Assembly (NCBI GenBank): GCA_965657355.1
Contig: CBFHOE010000002.1
Coordinates: 1 to 64,000, forward strand
Length of the DNA stretch: 64,000 bases
Reading direction: 5' to 3'
Source of the DNA: Limisphaerales bacterium
Lineage (GTDB): Bacteria > Verrucomicrobiota > Verrucomicrobiia > Limisphaerales > JAJOIW01
Shown: piece by piece, positions 62,501 to 64,000 of the stretch
How positions within the stretch are numbered: the first letter of the stretch is position 1
Layout: every line of letters starts with the position of its first letter
Program-made: the position numbers and the translations under genes
The notes under the pieces: model-generated
Seen by the model: the letters and a program-made list of their open reading frames with translations, nothing else
Database searches by the model: none
What the model was told of the DNA's origin: nothing

Positions 62501-64000
62501 ACCCGCCGGCTTCGTATTATAAAATTTTGAGAGATCCTGAAATCACGATGGAAAACACGACCCATCTATTCCTGGCAACCAGATTCAATTGCAATAAGTG
62601 CCACGACCACCCGTTTGAGAGATGGACACAAGATCAGTATTATGAAATGGCGGCTTTTTTCGCGAGGACATCCCTGAAAACTGACCCAGAAAGCAAAGAC
62701 AAAAAAATCGGGGGAACCGCTGTAGAATCAGCAAAACCTTTATTTGAAATGGTTTTTGAGAAAGATACCGGAGAAATTAAGCACCAAAGAACTGGGCTTG
62801 AAACACCTCCATCATTTCCATTTAAAGCCGGTGAAGTCCAATGGGAGGGTCAAAACCGAAGAGAAGTTTTGGCCGACTGGATCACGTCGAGTGACAATCC
62901 CTACTTTGCTTCAAGTTATGTTAACAGGCTATGGGGCTATCTTCTTGGCACTGGAATCATAGAGCCACTCGATGACATTCGAGCAGGAAATCCTCCCTCA
63001 AACCCTCAGCTACTTAATTATCTCACTGACGAATTTATTAAAAGTAACTTTAACAGTAGGCATATAATAAGACTTATATGCCAGTCTAGAACCTATCAAC
63101 TATCTGTTGAGTCCAATAAATGGAATGAAGACGATCAGATTAACTTTTCCCACGCAAAAGCCCGCAGACTTCCAGCGGAAGTTTTATATGATTCCATACA
63201 CGAAGTTCTTGGAAGCATCCCCAAGATTCCGGGTGTAGCACCTGGAACGAGGGCATCCGCTTTGCCTGATTCCGCAATAAAACTCAAAGATGGATTTCTC
63301 GGAAACTTTGGAAGACCAGCCAGAGAGTCGTCGTGTGAATGTGAACGGAGTAGCGATCTACAGCTGGGGCCAGTCATGGCACTCATCAGTGGGCCTACAC
63401 TTGGAAATGCCATCTCTGATAAAGACAATATATTGAAAAAGCTTATCGAAAATTCTCAATCAGATGAAGAGTGGATAAAGGACATATTTAGTCGAATATT
63501 AAACCGGCCCGCGTCATCTGCTGAAGTTCAAGCCACCATAGACACCCTTAAAGTCCAACCCATGGAGCATAAAAGACTGGTTGCTCAACTGGAGAAATAC
63601 ACAAAGCAATCAAAGCCCCATAGAGATCGTTTGGAAAAAGAAAGACAAGAGTCAATTGATTCAGCTCGGGAAGCACTAAGTAATTTTCGAGATCAGTGGA
63701 ACATTAAAAAAGAAAAGCTAACCGTGGAAAGAAAGCAAATGGTTGCGGATACCTCAAGCAGGTTAAATTTGCTCAAAAAGGACATTCGGAAAAATCTTTC
63801 AAACCTCACCAGCAAGCTTAGAGAAAAAACTCAATGGACCAATGCAGAGATCCCTTACTTTGCGGCTACCAATGGGAGCAAACTAAGACTGGTTGAGAAC
63901 GGAAATATAATGGCGAGTGGAGATCTTAATTTAACCACTTATGATCTTTATCTCCATCCCGACTCAAAACAGATCACTGGACTAAGACTAAACACTTTAC
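59578..64000 (+). CDS. Giant PVC-type protein: planctomycete cytochrome c, WD40 propeller, Ig-like, DUF1549, DUF1553, coiled coil (3' truncated)
   Basis: Manual translation from ATG 59578, open to the window end (>=1474 aa; frame spot-checked). VSFYSQIKPIFQRECIGCH...MPP; FSPDG/WSPDG repeats; GCNSGTCHG; RRLYLDLTGLPP; RFNCNKCHDHPFERWTQ; NPPSNPQLL; RRLPAEVL; FGRPARESSCECER. Absent from the ORF track. Confidence 0.9.
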   Translation, partial: MRIINYFFGKPSTSFSNLLRTLLILFCATGVGEESQTNSGQKVSFYSQIKPIFQRECIGCHQPAKKKGDYVMTDFVSLLQGGESDENAIIPGNAPKSLLLEVISPIDGEAEMPPDGDALSQFEIELIAKWINEGAKDDSPANSKISFSTENPPIYNGQPAITSLKFSPDGQQIAVAGYHEILLISAKTGEIQKRLIGESPRIQSIAWSPDGSKIAMAGGSPGRAGEIQVWDISKSKLLLSHFSTYDTLMGVSWSPDGTKVAFGGTDNVVRAISVPKGEEILYQGSHDDWPLDTTFSTDGDYVISVGRDMTAKLTHLDTQRFIDNITSITPGALKGGINSVMAHPKGEFIIFGGADGTPKIYRYQRKTKREIGDDANQILVLPNQPGRIFGVDSNAEGTIVASVSSYKGDGFLSVSKVTSNLTPPEDIRKILVTPTHRRNGDQKNKLAAYFKNNASVIYKKEFPGTPLFSVSLDPNENKVAASGKGGIVTIVDLDTSKIVQEHEIIPEISEVAQVKNKEEYSASKNWILPNERPEELPFQTLPKDKKIASLEVNPSQINISESSGYSQLTITGFTPEGEMWDLSRMVKYEFENKSIDVSLTGFVSPVANGESSIEISIGDIRKVIPVSVSGIDSQFRPDWSLHVNPVLSRLGCNSGTCHGAKDGKNGFKLSLRGYDPVMDIMSLTDDIASRRVNFAAPTQSLMLLKSSSEIPHEGGQLVNPAHDYYKILENWILDGGDVSPTPDKKVSELRIYPTNPVIQKEGFFQQMQVIAVYPDGKQRDVTRESFVESGNTEVAQAAKGWPGLVRASRRGEAPLLVRYEGAYASTILTVMGDRSEFVWNEPEYNSSIDKLVAEKWKRMKIHPSGLSDDYTFVRRLYLDLTGLPPTSDQVDTFIQSPLPNEQKRNNLIDQLLHSEAYVDHWANKWADLLQVNSKFLGKEGTQIFRKWIRNEVAQNTPYDKFVSKIITANGSNKANPPASYYKILRDPEITMENTTHLFLATRFNCNKCHDHPFERWTQDQYYEMAAFFARTSLKTDPESKDKKIGGTAVESAKPLFEMVFEKDTGEIKHQRTGLETPPSFPFKAGEVQWEGQNRREVLADWITSSDNPYFASSYVNRLWGYLLGTGIIEPLDDIRAGNPPSNPQLLNYLTDEFIKSNFNSRHIIRLICQSRTYQLSVESNKWNEDDQINFSHAKARRLPAEVLYDSIHEVLGSIPKIPGVAPGTRASALPDSAIKLKDGFLGNFGRPARESSCECERSSDLQLGPVMALISGPTLGNAISDKDNILKKLIENSQSDEEWIKDIFSRILNRPASSAEVQATIDTLKVQPMEHKRLVAQLEKYTKQSKPHRDRLEKERQESIDSAREALSNFRDQWNIKKEKLTVERKQMVADTSSRLNLLKKDIRKNLSNLTSKLREKTQWTNAEIPYFAATNGSKLRLVENGNIMASGDLNLTTYDLYLHPDSKQITGLRLNTL

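Overview
Mostly core-genome chromosomal window, gene-dense and roughly 40% GC by eye. It comes from a PVC-superphylum bacterium, very probably Verrucomicrobiota. This is an inference from the planctomycete-type cytochrome c, DUF1549/DUF1553, DUF1080 and DUF6797-like proteins and an orphan CII-like regulator. Housekeeping genes: purU, holB, xylA, tgt, polA, guaA, lysA, uvrA. It also carries a partial type II secretion operon (gspE, L-like, M-like, gspD), several exported redox and sugar-processing proteins with c-type haem motifs, two HDOD signalling loci, and many secreted hydrolases. Two genes are missing from the ORF track because they run off the edges: the N-terminus of a Y1/RAYT-like transposase (1-86, minus) and a >1470-aa cytochrome c/WD40/DUF1549/DUF1553 protein (59578-end). 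I saw no rRNA, tRNA, CRISPR array, prophage or reverse transcriptase. The best candidate for an undescribed system is a minus-strand module (11093-17098): beta-propeller dehydrogenase-like protein, penta-haem cytochrome c, tandem DUF1080. Its internal leader (14615-14741) has a near-consensus promoter and mutually exclusive terminator/antiterminator helices. Other non-coding candidates are an orphan sRNA-like unit (40080-40195), a long stem in the 700-bp xylA intergenic region, and a REP-like motif beside the transposase. All family assignments come from motif recognition by eye, not database searches.
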